Both the position numbers and the translations under genes were made by a program. Under the pieces are notes generated by a model. It did not search any database. It saw only the letters and a list, made by a program, of their open reading frames with translations, and was not told the origin of the DNA. A stretch of DNA of 61,090 bases from Candidatus Brocadiia bacterium (GTDB taxonomy: Bacteria; Planctomycetota; Brocadiia; SM23-32), in the NCBI GenBank assembly GCA_046538485.1, contig JBKHIT010000027.1, forward strand, positions 1 through 61,090, read 5' to 3'. Shown here piece by piece: positions 40,160 to 49,379 of this stretch (its first letter is position 1; every line of letters starts with the position of its first letter).

Positions 40160-41164
40160 TCACCGTGACCGCTTCCCGAATAATTTTTCAATGGCAGTTT
40201 CCAGAGCCTGCCCCCGCAAGCCTCGGCCCCGTATGATTCCGTTGCCGTCGATCAATATCATGTTCGGAATGCCACGCACGTTGTAGCGCCCCAGCATTTT
40301 TTCTTTGGTTTTCCCTTCCAGAAGGACCTGGGGCCAGGGCATTTTATTTTTTTTAATGAAGTCTTCCAGCTCATCCTCATCTCGATCCAGGCTCACACCA
40401 AGGACGAGGAGGCCTTTCCGGTGGTATTTTTTGTAAACTTTTTTCAGGTTTGGTATCTCGCGCCGACACGGCCCGCACCACGTCGCCCAGAAATCGAGCA
40501 GGAGGGGGCGGCCTTTGGCGCTTTTGGGTGAGACTGCGGTTCCCCCGAGTGTCTTGAGTTTAAAATTAGGAGCACGATTTCCGACGGATGAACCTCTGTC
40601 CGGTTTTTCGGTGGTGCGGTCCATTTCGCTTCCCCCGCCCCTATCTTCGGTTGGTTTGCCAAAACGCGCCGGTTTGCCGATCTTGACTGTTTTGTCCTCG
40701 CGTTTCCAGCTCATATTACTCAGAGAACAGATTTTATCGAGGGTTTTCTCGACAGATCCACGGAAATTGATGGAAATTCTGGTCCCGCCTGCCGGGATAT
40801 CCTGCTCATAGAGCCTGATGTTTGCGTCTGTTTTGGCACGAAGCGCTTTGACAACGTGACTTAAGGGGGTGTTCTGGAAGTTAAGAGCAACTGGTTTTTG
40901 CAGTGGGTCGGTGGACGGACCTTCTCTACCGAGCCTGGTGTCTGAGGCTGAGTCGCCAGCGGCTCCGTTCTCGGCGAGCTGTTTCTGGAGTTTTTTAACT
41001 CGAGTTTTGAGCAGTTTGATGTGGGCCTTCTGATACCGAACCTGTTTTTCAAGGTCGTCCACTCTTTTCTTGAGTGCGTTAAAATCTTTCTCGCTGATCG
41101 GTTCAGCGGTTGCGATTCCGGCAACGCCGAAGAGTACGAGCCAGATCCATGCGATGCGTTTCAT
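40160..41164 (-). CDS. Exported TlpA-family thioredoxin with coiled coil and STN-like domain
   Basis: Signal peptide; LNFQNTPLSHVV STN-like segment; LDFWATWCGPC; GVSLD; RGIP. Confidence 0.85.
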   Translation of the reverse strand: MKRIAWIWLVLFGVAGIATAEPISEKDFNALKKRVDDLEKQVRYQKAHIKLLKTRVKKLQKQLAENGAAGDSASDTRLGREGPSTDPLQKPVALNFQNTPLSHVVKALRAKTDANIRLYEQDIPAGGTRISINFRGSVEKTLDKICSLSNMSWKREDKTVKIGKPARFGKPTEDRGGGSEMDRTTEKPDRGSSVGNRAPNFKLKTLGGTAVSPKSAKGRPLLLDFWATWCGPCRREIPNLKKVYKKYHRKGLLVLGVSLDRDEDELEDFIKKNKMPWPQVLLEGKTKEKMLGRYNVRGIPNMILIDGNGIIRGRGLRGQALETAIEKLFGKRSR

Positions 41165-41643
41165 AGTCCTTACCTCCTGTTAGATTGCCCCGTTTGCGCA
41201 CATAGAATCTTTACACCTGACATAAGCTCAACCTGCCTGCGAGCAGGAAAATCTGTTTCTTTTCCACCTGGTTACCACTTTCGACCATAGCGAGATTTCC
41301 TTTAAGTGTCAAAGGCATTGTAGCGGCGGTGTTTGCCGATGCAACCATATAAAACGGTGTTCAATAAAGATTCCACCCTGGCCGGGTAACAATAGCTCCC
41401 GATTATCCGTAAAATACGGGCTGCGTGGGTCATCGCGAGCGGATCGTAAGATGGGCGAAGTTTATCCGCCTCGGGCGTGGGTTGTCCGCCTCAGGTTGGT
41501 TTATCCGATCTCCCGCGGGCAATCCCGTCGTTTTTTCGTCCGGCTTTTTGCTTCCTGTCGCGATCCCGTGATTGAAATCCCTCCGTAGTTTCGGTATAAG
41601 CACCACCCGTTCAGCAAGGTTCAACTCAACAGGGAGATTGGAG

Positions 41644-42945
41644 ATGACTCGGAAGACAATTGAGACGCCCGGCGACACCAGCTGGTTTACGCATGATCGG
41701 TTCGGCCTTTTTATTCACTGGGGGACCTATGCTCTTGCCGCCCGTCATGAATGGGTGAAAAACCGCGAGGAAATCGACGATGAGACGTATGTCCAGAAAT
41801 ACTTCGACCATTTCAATCCGGACCTTTACGATCCGGAGCACTGGGCCGATGTGGCCGCAAACGCGGGAATGAAATATTTCGTCATCACCACCAAACATCA
41901 CGAAGGGTTCTGTCTGTGGGACTCGAAACTGACCGATTATAAGGCCACAAACACCCCCTACGGACGCGGTTTGCTCCATCCGATGGTTGATGCGTTTCGG
42001 GACCGGGGGCTGAAAGTTGGATTTTATCATTCGCTGATCGATTGGCACCATCCGGAGTTTCCGATCGACGGAATTCATCCGATGCGCAACCATCCCGATG
42101 CCGGACAGATCAACAAAGAACGCGACGTCAGGGAATACGCGGAGTATTTGCGCGGACAAGTTGAAGAATTGCTCACCGAATTCGGCGACGTCAGTATCCT
42201 GTGGCTGGATTTTTCATACGCGGGAAGCGAATGGGCCGAAAAACCGGGTTTTGCTGGCAAAGGCCGGGATGATTGGCAGAGCGAAAAACTCTACGAGATG
42301 ATTCGCGAGCTTCAACCCAACATCGTGCTGAATGATCGACTCGACCTGGACGAAGGGTGGGATATCAAAACTCCGGAGCAGTACCAGCCGCGCGATTGGG
42401 TAGAGGTTGACGGTCAGCCTGTGGTATGGGAAGCCTGCCAGACTTTCAGCGGATCGTGGGGATACCACCGGGAAGAAGCGAGCTGGAAAAGTACCGGCCA
42501 GCTCGTGCGCATGCTCGTCGATACCGTCAGCAAGGGGGGCAATCTGTTACTCAACGTCGGCCCGACCGGCCGCGGCGAGTTTGATCATCGAGCTCTGGAT
42601 CGTCTCTCCAGCATGGGAGAATGGATGAAACGGCACAGCCGCTCGATCTACGGCTGCACCGAGGCGCCCGAAGAGTTCGAAACGCCTCAGGATTGCCGCC
42701 TGACCTGCGATCCGGAAACAAACCGGCTTTACGTGCATATCTTCGCCTGGCCGTTCAAACAGCTGTTCCTCGATGGATTCGCGGGGAAGGTCGAATACGC
42801 GCAACTTCTCAATGATGCCTCGGAAATTCCTTTTGAAGAGCCGGAGTCGCATAAGGCCGGGCCGATGGAGGATACCGTTGTTTTGAACCTCCCGGTCCCC
42901 AAACCGAACGTGACAGTTCCTGTTGTTGAACTTTTCTTGAAATAG
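41644..42945 (+). CDS. Alpha-L-fucosidase (GH29)
   Basis: RFGLFIHWG, TTKHHEGFCLW, LWLDF, GGNLLLNVGP. Confidence 0.93.
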   Translation: MTRKTIETPGDTSWFTHDRFGLFIHWGTYALAARHEWVKNREEIDDETYVQKYFDHFNPDLYDPEHWADVAANAGMKYFVITTKHHEGFCLWDSKLTDYKATNTPYGRGLLHPMVDAFRDRGLKVGFYHSLIDWHHPEFPIDGIHPMRNHPDAGQINKERDVREYAEYLRGQVEELLTEFGDVSILWLDFSYAGSEWAEKPGFAGKGRDDWQSEKLYEMIRELQPNIVLNDRLDLDEGWDIKTPEQYQPRDWVEVDGQPVVWEACQTFSGSWGYHREEASWKSTGQLVRMLVDTVSKGGNLLLNVGPTGRGEFDHRALDRLSSMGEWMKRHSRSIYGCTEAPEEFETPQDCRLTCDPETNRLYVHIFAWPFKQLFLDGFAGKVEYAQLLNDASEIPFEEPESHKAGPMEDTVVLNLPVPKPNVTVPVVELFLK

Positions 42946-42962
42946 ATTTTTCGCAAGAGGCA

Positions 42963-43472
42963 ATGGAATCACTCAAATCAGCGGATAACGTCGTTTTAAT
43001 CGGCATGCCCGCCGCGGGCAAAAGCACCATCGGTGTGATCCTCGCCAAAGCCCTTTCACTGGATTTCGTCGACACCGACGTGGTGATTCAGGCGCGGGAA
43101 GAGAGAACGCTGCAACAACTTCTCGAAGATCTGGATCCGGACGGGTTCCGCAAACTTGAGCGACGCCACATCCTTTCGCTTGATTGCCGGGGGACGGTGA
43201 TTGCGACCGGTGGGAGTGTGGTCTACAGCGACGATGCCATGTCGCATTTATCCAGCCGAGGAGTGATCGTCCACCTGGATTTGCCTCTTGAAGAGATCGA
43301 GAGACGGATTGACAATCTGGAAGTCAGAGGAGTGGTTATGGACCCGGCCGAGACGCTGTCGCAGCTCTTTGAGGAACGCCAACCCCTTTATGAGCGCTAC
43401 GCCGAAGTGACGGTCCAGTGCTTTGGATTGGGACACGAAGAGATTGTTCGGGAAATTGTTGAGAGGCTGTGA
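42963..43472 (+). CDS. aroK: Shikimate kinase
   Basis: GMPAAGKST, FVDTD, VIATGGS, ERQPLY. Confidence 0.9.
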   Translation: MESLKSADNVVLIGMPAAGKSTIGVILAKALSLDFVDTDVVIQAREERTLQQLLEDLDPDGFRKLERRHILSLDCRGTVIATGGSVVYSDDAMSHLSSRGVIVHLDLPLEEIERRIDNLEVRGVVMDPAETLSQLFEERQPLYERYAEVTVQCFGLGHEEIVREIVERL

Positions 43473-43578
43473 GTTCGGTTTCGTGCGGATCCGCGTGTGG
43501 GGCGTAGCCATTTGGTAGGTTGAGGCATAAGGGGCCTTACCCACAAGGGCGGGGTGTTTTTTTTCTCAACGAAATGGC

Positions 43579-43733
43579 GACTCGAGTTCAGCTGAGCCCA
43601 CCGCCGGCGGGCGAAGGGGGACTTGAGGCGGCCAATGTCTGGAAACTGCCAGTGTACCCGGAATCCGACCAAACTGTACCGCGTTCTGAACTCCAGCCCC
43701 ACGGGAGCGGTTCTGAAGTCCAGTCCGCTCCCG
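43579..43733 (-). repeat. Diverged third copy of the composite repeat modules at 241-440
   Basis: Reverse complement contains GAGCGGACTGGACTTCAG, CTGGAGTTCAGAACGCGG, CCGCCTCAAGTCCCCCTTCG and CTCAGCTGAACTCGAGTC. Confidence 0.85.
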
Positions 43734-43880
43734 ATACGGTATTTTGGGAGCGGCTTTATGGTGGGCCTTCAGCTCACAATATTTTCCTCCGCGCCCCTCA
43801 CCCAGGGCTCCGAAGACTTTCAGTCCTCTTCGTTCGCAGTACGGCGAACTGTTATATGCTGCCCTTTTAGAGCTCGGCGA

Positions 43881-44037
43881 CGGCAGGGCGCGCTCGGCGA
43901 TCACGCCCTACATCTACGTCGCATCCCGGATACGTGAGGCCGGGGTATATTCCGGGAAGTTTCAAATACCAAGAACTGCAGCGATTTCGGAAAATGCCCG
44001 AGAGCTGTAGGTCCGCATCGCCGAGGCGGACCTGCCG
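43881..44037. repeat. Inverted doublet of GTAG-class REP elements
   Basis: Minus 43881-43911 GTAGGGCGTGATCGCCGAGCGCGCCCTGCCG; plus 44007-44037 GTAGGTCCGCATCGCCGAGGCGGACCTGCCG; degenerate copy at 331-361. Confidence 0.75.
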
Positions 44038-44231
44038 TTTGTCGCTGGCCATTTTGTCCGGAACAGATGCTAATCCCGCATACGAGGACGGACGAAGTCA
44101 GCGTTAAGCTTTTTACCGATTCTCTTTCGGTAATAATAGTGTGTGTGTAGAATGTCGGAGTTCACAAAGTGGGCGATTCAGAACTTTCTTGAAATTATTC
44201 TGGCAATCCTGATTCGACACGGAAAACCGTA

Positions 44232-45812
44232 ATGTTTGAAGCCATCATGTCAGCGTCCGTTCTTCTGAAAGTGCTTTGCACGCTCGGGCTGATACTTCTT
44301 TTGAATACCGTCACGAAACAGCTGGCCGTATCGGTCTTCGTCGGCGCCGTCCTGCTGGGTCTGTGGACGGGGCATTCCAGCGGGGGGCTGATGGGCGTGG
44401 CCGCGGAACGGTCGTTTTCGGTCGATAACCTGTTGCTGATCGTAATCATTTTCGAGGTGATCTGGCTGAGTTCCCAGATGTCGCGAACGGGACTGATGGA
44501 AGATCTGGTGGATTCCGTTCGATCTCGCGTCTCCCGGGAGGGTGCGATGGCAGCTTTGCCAGCAGTAATTGGCTTTCTGCCAATGCCCGGGGGGGCGCTT
44601 TTTTCCGCTCCATTGGTCGACAGCTGTGATGAGGGGGAAGATGTAAGCAGGTCGTTGAAAGCCCGGGCGAACCACTGGTTCCGGCACGTCTGGGAGTACT
44701 GGTGGCCGCTGTATCCCGGCGTTTTGCTGGCGATGAGTATCATCGAGTTTGACGTCTGGCAGATGATGATTATGGGAGTTCCCCTGACTCTGGCAGCAAT
44801 AGGGGCGGGCTATTTCTTCATACTGCGTCCCATCTCACACCACGAGGAAACCGCTCGTGCTCCAGAACGTGGGGGAGAGCGTCCGTCTCTGACCGGACCA
44901 CTGATGCCCATCATTGTTGTGGTTCTCACATACGTGATGGTTCGGGCGGGCTACACCGGAATCAGATCCTGGTCAGCGGGACTTCCGCCACTGAACCGTT
45001 ATGTCCCTATGATGGCCGGCCTGGTTCTGGCGATGATCCTGCTTCAGGTGGCGAAACCGCTTGGGGCGCGAGATTGGAAGGAGATTGTCTTTTCGCGTCG
45101 CACATTGAATATGGTTGTAATTGTGCTGGCGGTGCGGATCTACGGGGCCTTCATTGAAGCCGACCTGCCGGATGGCACACCCCTGGTGGCGAAGATGCGG
45201 GCGGAAATGGATCAGTGGGGGATCCCGTTGCTGGCGATGACTATGCTTTTGCCAATGATAAGCGGTCTGGCGACAGGGGTATCGATCGGTTTCGTCGGCG
45301 CCAGTTTCCCGATTGTGCTCAAACTCTGGCCTGATGCAGCATCAAATCAATTGCTGGCCGTTGTCGCCCTGGCGTACGGTTTTGGATACATGGGAATGCT
45401 GCTCTCGCCCGTGCACGTCTGCCTGATTGTGACGTGTGAGCACTTCAAAGTCGAGGTGAGCCGGGCGATCCGGGGGATGCTCCGCCCGGCCATCCTGGTC
45501 CTTCTGTGCTCCGTGGGGCTCTACCTTTTCTGGAACTGGTTCCCCTGGCAGATGTGGGAGCGGAAAGAGGAGCCGAAGAGCAAACGAAAGATGAGATACA
45601 AAGAAGAAGTAGAATGGGGAATCGAGCAGAGTGAGGTGCAGAAGATGCCCGGCGATGAAAGTGTTGCGTGGTTCAAAACGCCGGACTCCGCCACACGCAC
45701 CGTCTCCAGGTCAGATGCTTGCAGTGCGGAAAAAACCAGTTGGCATCCGGGCTCCCCGCCTCTTATCCTGTCCCCGAAAATAAGGGAAGCGCCCCCCTGT
45801 CACCTTGCGTGA
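44232..45812 (+). CDS. DUF401-like membrane transporter
   Basis: PAVIGFLPMPGGALFSAPLV, NHWFRHVWEYWWPLYPG, LLSPVHVCL. Confidence 0.8.
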   Translation: MFEAIMSASVLLKVLCTLGLILLLNTVTKQLAVSVFVGAVLLGLWTGHSSGGLMGVAAERSFSVDNLLLIVIIFEVIWLSSQMSRTGLMEDLVDSVRSRVSREGAMAALPAVIGFLPMPGGALFSAPLVDSCDEGEDVSRSLKARANHWFRHVWEYWWPLYPGVLLAMSIIEFDVWQMMIMGVPLTLAAIGAGYFFILRPISHHEETARAPERGGERPSLTGPLMPIIVVVLTYVMVRAGYTGIRSWSAGLPPLNRYVPMMAGLVLAMILLQVAKPLGARDWKEIVFSRRTLNMVVIVLAVRIYGAFIEADLPDGTPLVAKMRAEMDQWGIPLLAMTMLLPMISGLATGVSIGFVGASFPIVLKLWPDAASNQLLAVVALAYGFGYMGMLLSPVHVCLIVTCEHFKVEVSRAIRGMLRPAILVLLCSVGLYLFWNWFPWQMWERKEEPKSKRKMRYKEEVEWGIEQSEVQKMPGDESVAWFKTPDSATRTVSRSDACSAEKTSWHPGSPPLILSPKIREAPPCHLA

Positions 45813-46044
45813 CAGGAGGCAGAGATTGAGCGGGCCGGCCACGGGAATACCACATATCCCCCGCCCCTGCCGGCTTGTCCGGCAGGTGAAGAAGATTGTC
45901 CGCGTTCCAGTTATGCGAGACATCAGGGGGCAGAATCGAGGGCCGTCGGCACCGGCATCGTGTTTGGAAGTGTACTTGTCCTTTTTCCCTGGGCCGGTTA
46001 CCCTTGAGTTTGGGAAACAAAGGCCAGAATTCGGGGAGAAACGG

Positions 46045-46401
46045 ATGAAACATGTCCATTACAGTGATGTCGAAGCACAGAATGTTGATCTGGAAGGTGC
46101 AAGCGGGGTAAGAGTGCGGTGGCTGATCGACGATAGCGATGGCGCGCCGAATTTCTACATGCGTCGGTTCGACCTGGAACCGGGTGGCATGACGCCGCAT
46201 CACGAACACGACTGGGAGCACGAAGTTTACATTCTTGAAGGGAGTGGCGTCGCCGTAACGGAAGACGGAGAACGTCCTTTTGAGCCCGGCGATGTCTTCT
46301 TTATGCCGGGGGGAGAACGCCACCGATTCCGTGCCGGAGAGGACGGCGCGGCGTTTATCTGCCTCATCCCAAAAAGCGGGAAAGGATGCGGAGCGAAATA
46401 A
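46045..46401 (+). CDS. Cupin domain protein
   Basis: TPHHEHDWEHEVYILEG...PGGERH; GGAG RBS before ATG 46045. Confidence 0.88.
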   Translation: MKHVHYSDVEAQNVDLEGASGVRVRWLIDDSDGAPNFYMRRFDLEPGGMTPHHEHDWEHEVYILEGSGVAVTEDGERPFEPGDVFFMPGGERHRFRAGEDGAAFICLIPKSGKGCGAK

Positions 46402-48629
46402 CCGAGAACGGTTCTGCGTCAAAAGTGACTTCGCTGGTCACCTGCGTGGGGTGTCTGGCGATGTTACTGGTTTTTTGCGGGACGGCTCTCCCCGAAGAAG
46501 GGGAGCAGCACCTGATCTGCAACTTTGAGCCGACGGCGGAGGTGTTCGGTCTCTGGGAGATGAGAATTAGTTTTCCAGAAGGCTTGGACTGCTTTTGTTC
46601 TTTGCCGGAGACACAGATCCACGATGCCTATGATGCCGATCGAGACGGTGTATTTATTCGGATAACGGCGGAGTTTTCTCAGCCTGACAGGCCGCCGGTT
46701 GTGGTCCCGGCTTTTGCGATGAAAGCCGGCCCGCAGAAACCGTGGAAATGGTTGGTTCGCTGGAGTCCGCGGCGTCCGGGCGAGTGGTCGGTCAAAGTCC
46801 AGTTCCATGGCCGAGCTGAGCGGGACGATGAAATTGTCACTTTTGATCAAGCCCTGCCCAACGCGGTCAATGCAACCGACCTCGAGGGAGTTGCAGGGCC
46901 GCTTGTATCGACGAGCAAGAAGCATCCTCCCGGGTATCTGCGCATGCTTCGTGCCGATGGCACCTCGGAGGCCACGTGGCTTTTCGGGGCATGTCGTGCA
47001 TGGGTGGTGAAATCTCAAGATCCCAACAATGACTGGTCTCCCCATGAGTGGTTGGACAGGGAGAAAGAACTGTTTGCCCCGATGCGCGACGGAGGTTTCA
47101 ACCTTCTCAATCAGTGGATGGCCCCCTGGGAGTACCTTATCATTCACCATGACCGGGCCGAACACTGGCGTCAGCCCGACGGCCGGTGGAAGCGAACCCC
47201 GCTGCCGGAGGGCGAGAAATGGACGTCCTACCAGTATTACGATCAGGGGAGATGTCTCGCGTTCGATCGACTGGTGAAATCGGCAGAGGGTGACGCCGAC
47301 AAAAAGACTATCTACCTGCTTCTCTCACCTCTTCCGCATCAATGCCTGCAGGTGAGAGAGCATCCCTGGGGGAGTCAGGAGAGCGGCTGGAGTCCTGAGA
47401 ACGATGCGAGCAGGCAAGCCCTGAGTCGTTTGAACGGTTTGAGTGGATTCAAGAAAAACATGTCGATCTGGGAATTTTTCGAAGCGAATCCGAAGCGGCC
47501 TTTGACTGACTGGCGGTCACGCCTTTTCGATCATCAGGCGAATTTCTTCCGGTATGTGATTGCCCGATGGGGCTACTCTCGGGCGGTGGGCGTCTGGGTG
47601 CTTGTGGATGAGCTGGACGCGGTGGGGGATACGGTCGGTGTGATGTCCAAAAAAAAGGGCTGGTGGGCCCATCCGCAGTGTCGCACCTGGCTTGCGAATA
47701 TTGTGAGACTATTTCGTGGTGAGCTGACCCGCACGGATGGATTGCGCTATGGGGGAGATCCCTTTGACCACCCGCTTCACGCGGCGACCACGAGTTTCGG
47801 CGGCCAGGCAGGCGAAGGGAGCAATCTCGAATGGCAGGGGGGCCCGAAGGATGCCCGCCCTGATTTGTTTGGCTGGCACTGGTATCCACACTGGGCCGGT
47901 TTTCCGAAATGGAATGAGATATGGCAATATACCATCAGAGGTGTGGCTCGTTACAGCAAAGCTCCCATCGGCGATGCGGCGCGGTTGATCAGCGAGTTCG
48001 GCGCACCCGATCGCCGGAACCCACAAGATACGCCATCCAGATTGTACCCCGGGTTGTTCCATTTCGCGGCCTGGTCGGCGATATTTTCCGGACAGGCCGG
48101 CATTCCGATGGACTGGGATGACGGGAAGGAGTTCGGCGAGCTCTGTCCCCGGGACCGGGAAGGGATCTTCGATGAGACACACTATCCGATCGATCATGTC
48201 GAGGAGGTGAAGGCGCTTCGGCGGTTTCTTCGGGGTTTGTCGCCGGATGATATCGTCCGAGGCTCTGAGAGCGACGGTGAGCTTCGCTGTAAAGCTGGCG
48301 GAAGCGTGGACGTTTACGCTCTATTTTTGCGGCAGAAGCGTTTAAAGGCAATTGGGTGGTTATTTTCGCCCGGGGGGAAGGGACGTTTTCAGGTTCAAGG
48401 TCTTCAGCAGGGAAAGTATGTTGTTACCTGGTATGATCCGTGGGACGGCAGGCCGGTGGCAGATCAAGGGAAGATGACTGTTTCCACGGACGGGCAGGGC
48501 CGTCTGACCGTGAATCCACAGCCGATCCTACAGAAAATCCGCCAGAAAGCCCCTCATTTCCCCGATGAATCACGCCTTCCCAGAGGGCATGATGTGGCGT
48601 TCAAGATACGGTTTGTTGAGGGCGGGTGA
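46386..48629 (+). CDS. Exported putative clan-A glycoside hydrolase with DUF5060-like N-terminus
   Basis: WLVRWSPRRPGEW, RYVIARWGYS, WVLVDELD, WHWY, LISEFG, WYDPWDG. Confidence 0.65.
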   Translation: MRSEITENGSASKVTSLVTCVGCLAMLLVFCGTALPEEGEQHLICNFEPTAEVFGLWEMRISFPEGLDCFCSLPETQIHDAYDADRDGVFIRITAEFSQPDRPPVVVPAFAMKAGPQKPWKWLVRWSPRRPGEWSVKVQFHGRAERDDEIVTFDQALPNAVNATDLEGVAGPLVSTSKKHPPGYLRMLRADGTSEATWLFGACRAWVVKSQDPNNDWSPHEWLDREKELFAPMRDGGFNLLNQWMAPWEYLIIHHDRAEHWRQPDGRWKRTPLPEGEKWTSYQYYDQGRCLAFDRLVKSAEGDADKKTIYLLLSPLPHQCLQVREHPWGSQESGWSPENDASRQALSRLNGLSGFKKNMSIWEFFEANPKRPLTDWRSRLFDHQANFFRYVIARWGYSRAVGVWVLVDELDAVGDTVGVMSKKKGWWAHPQCRTWLANIVRLFRGELTRTDGLRYGGDPFDHPLHAATTSFGGQAGEGSNLEWQGGPKDARPDLFGWHWYPHWAGFPKWNEIWQYTIRGVARYSKAPIGDAARLISEFGAPDRRNPQDTPSRLYPGLFHFAAWSAIFSGQAGIPMDWDDGKEFGELCPRDREGIFDETHYPIDHVEEVKALRRFLRGLSPDDIVRGSESDGELRCKAGGSVDVYALFLRQKRLKAIGWLFSPGGKGRFQVQGLQQGKYVVTWYDPWDGRPVADQGKMTVSTDGQGRLTVNPQPILQKIRQKAPHFPDESRLPRGHDVAFKIRFVEGG

Positions 48630-48780
48630 CCAGCTAAGAAGGGCGATCCGTGCCAGGAACGGCACTTTGCAGGGCTCGGGGTAAAGGGCAACTCCGGATT
48701 CAAGCCGTTGCAGGAGGACCGTTTTTTCGAGAGGGTGGTTGACAAAAAAGATGAGAAAAAGGTTGACAATAAGTTGACAA

Positions 48781-48918
48781 ATCGGGCAGGGCTTTGCCGA
48801 CGAAATATTCCGGGTGTTTTGTAACCGGCATCCAGACGTGAGGATTGAGTATATCGACATTGCCCCTGAGCTGGAGGTTATGATCAAACACGTGCAGGAG
48901 GATGCGGACGAGCCGTAG
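48781..48918 (+). pseudogene. 3' fragment of a DUF4325 (STAS-like) domain gene
   Basis: IGQGFADEIFRVFCNRHPDVRIEYID...MIKHV with an in-frame stop just upstream and no start. Confidence 0.55.
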
Positions 48919-48981
48919 CGTGGTTTTGTTACAGGATCTGGCTCATGAGAATCCGACGGACCGCCGAAAGAAATTGCCGGT

Positions 48982-49125
48982 TCATCGTTGCCCCTTCGCG
49001 ATTCGATAGTGTCCGGTCAGGGTGAAATCGAAGAGCCGATTTTCTTCCTTCGTGCCGCTCCCTATGTTGTGAATGACGAGAGGCACGCCCTCGGGAGCCT
49101 TCCTGTCGCTTACGATCATTATGTT
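48982..49125 (-). pseudogene. 3' fragment of a DUF1287 family gene
   Basis: IMIVSDRKAPEGVPLVIHNIGSGTKEENRLFDFTLTGHYR. Confidence 0.6.
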
Positions 49126-49379
49126 TGCCGTTAAAGCCCGGGCCGCTTTGTCTGGCAATTGGGGGCCTGCATAAAAGAGCCGACGTGCCGCCGTCATACC
49201 ACACTTCTGGTATTTGTGATAAGCAATGGCTGCCTGTTCTTTCGCTGAAAAGAACCCTCTTTTTGGTATCTGAGGGTAACACCATGAAATGCTATACATC
49301 AAGGGGCATTTGATCCATGAAGTATCATCCGATCAGATCAGCCCTTTCTGTTACCGATTCGGCTGTCACGAAACGATTT

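Noticed and set aside
43498..43530. TGGGGCGTAGCCATTTGGTA resembling a tRNA-Gln 5' end
   Set aside because: No anticodon arm, T-arm (GTTCRA) or acceptor-stem complement follows.
48738..48780. Three GTTGACAA copies as stacked -35 boxes
   Set aside because: No matching -10 elements; also readable as a low-complexity coding remnant (VDKK..VDNK).
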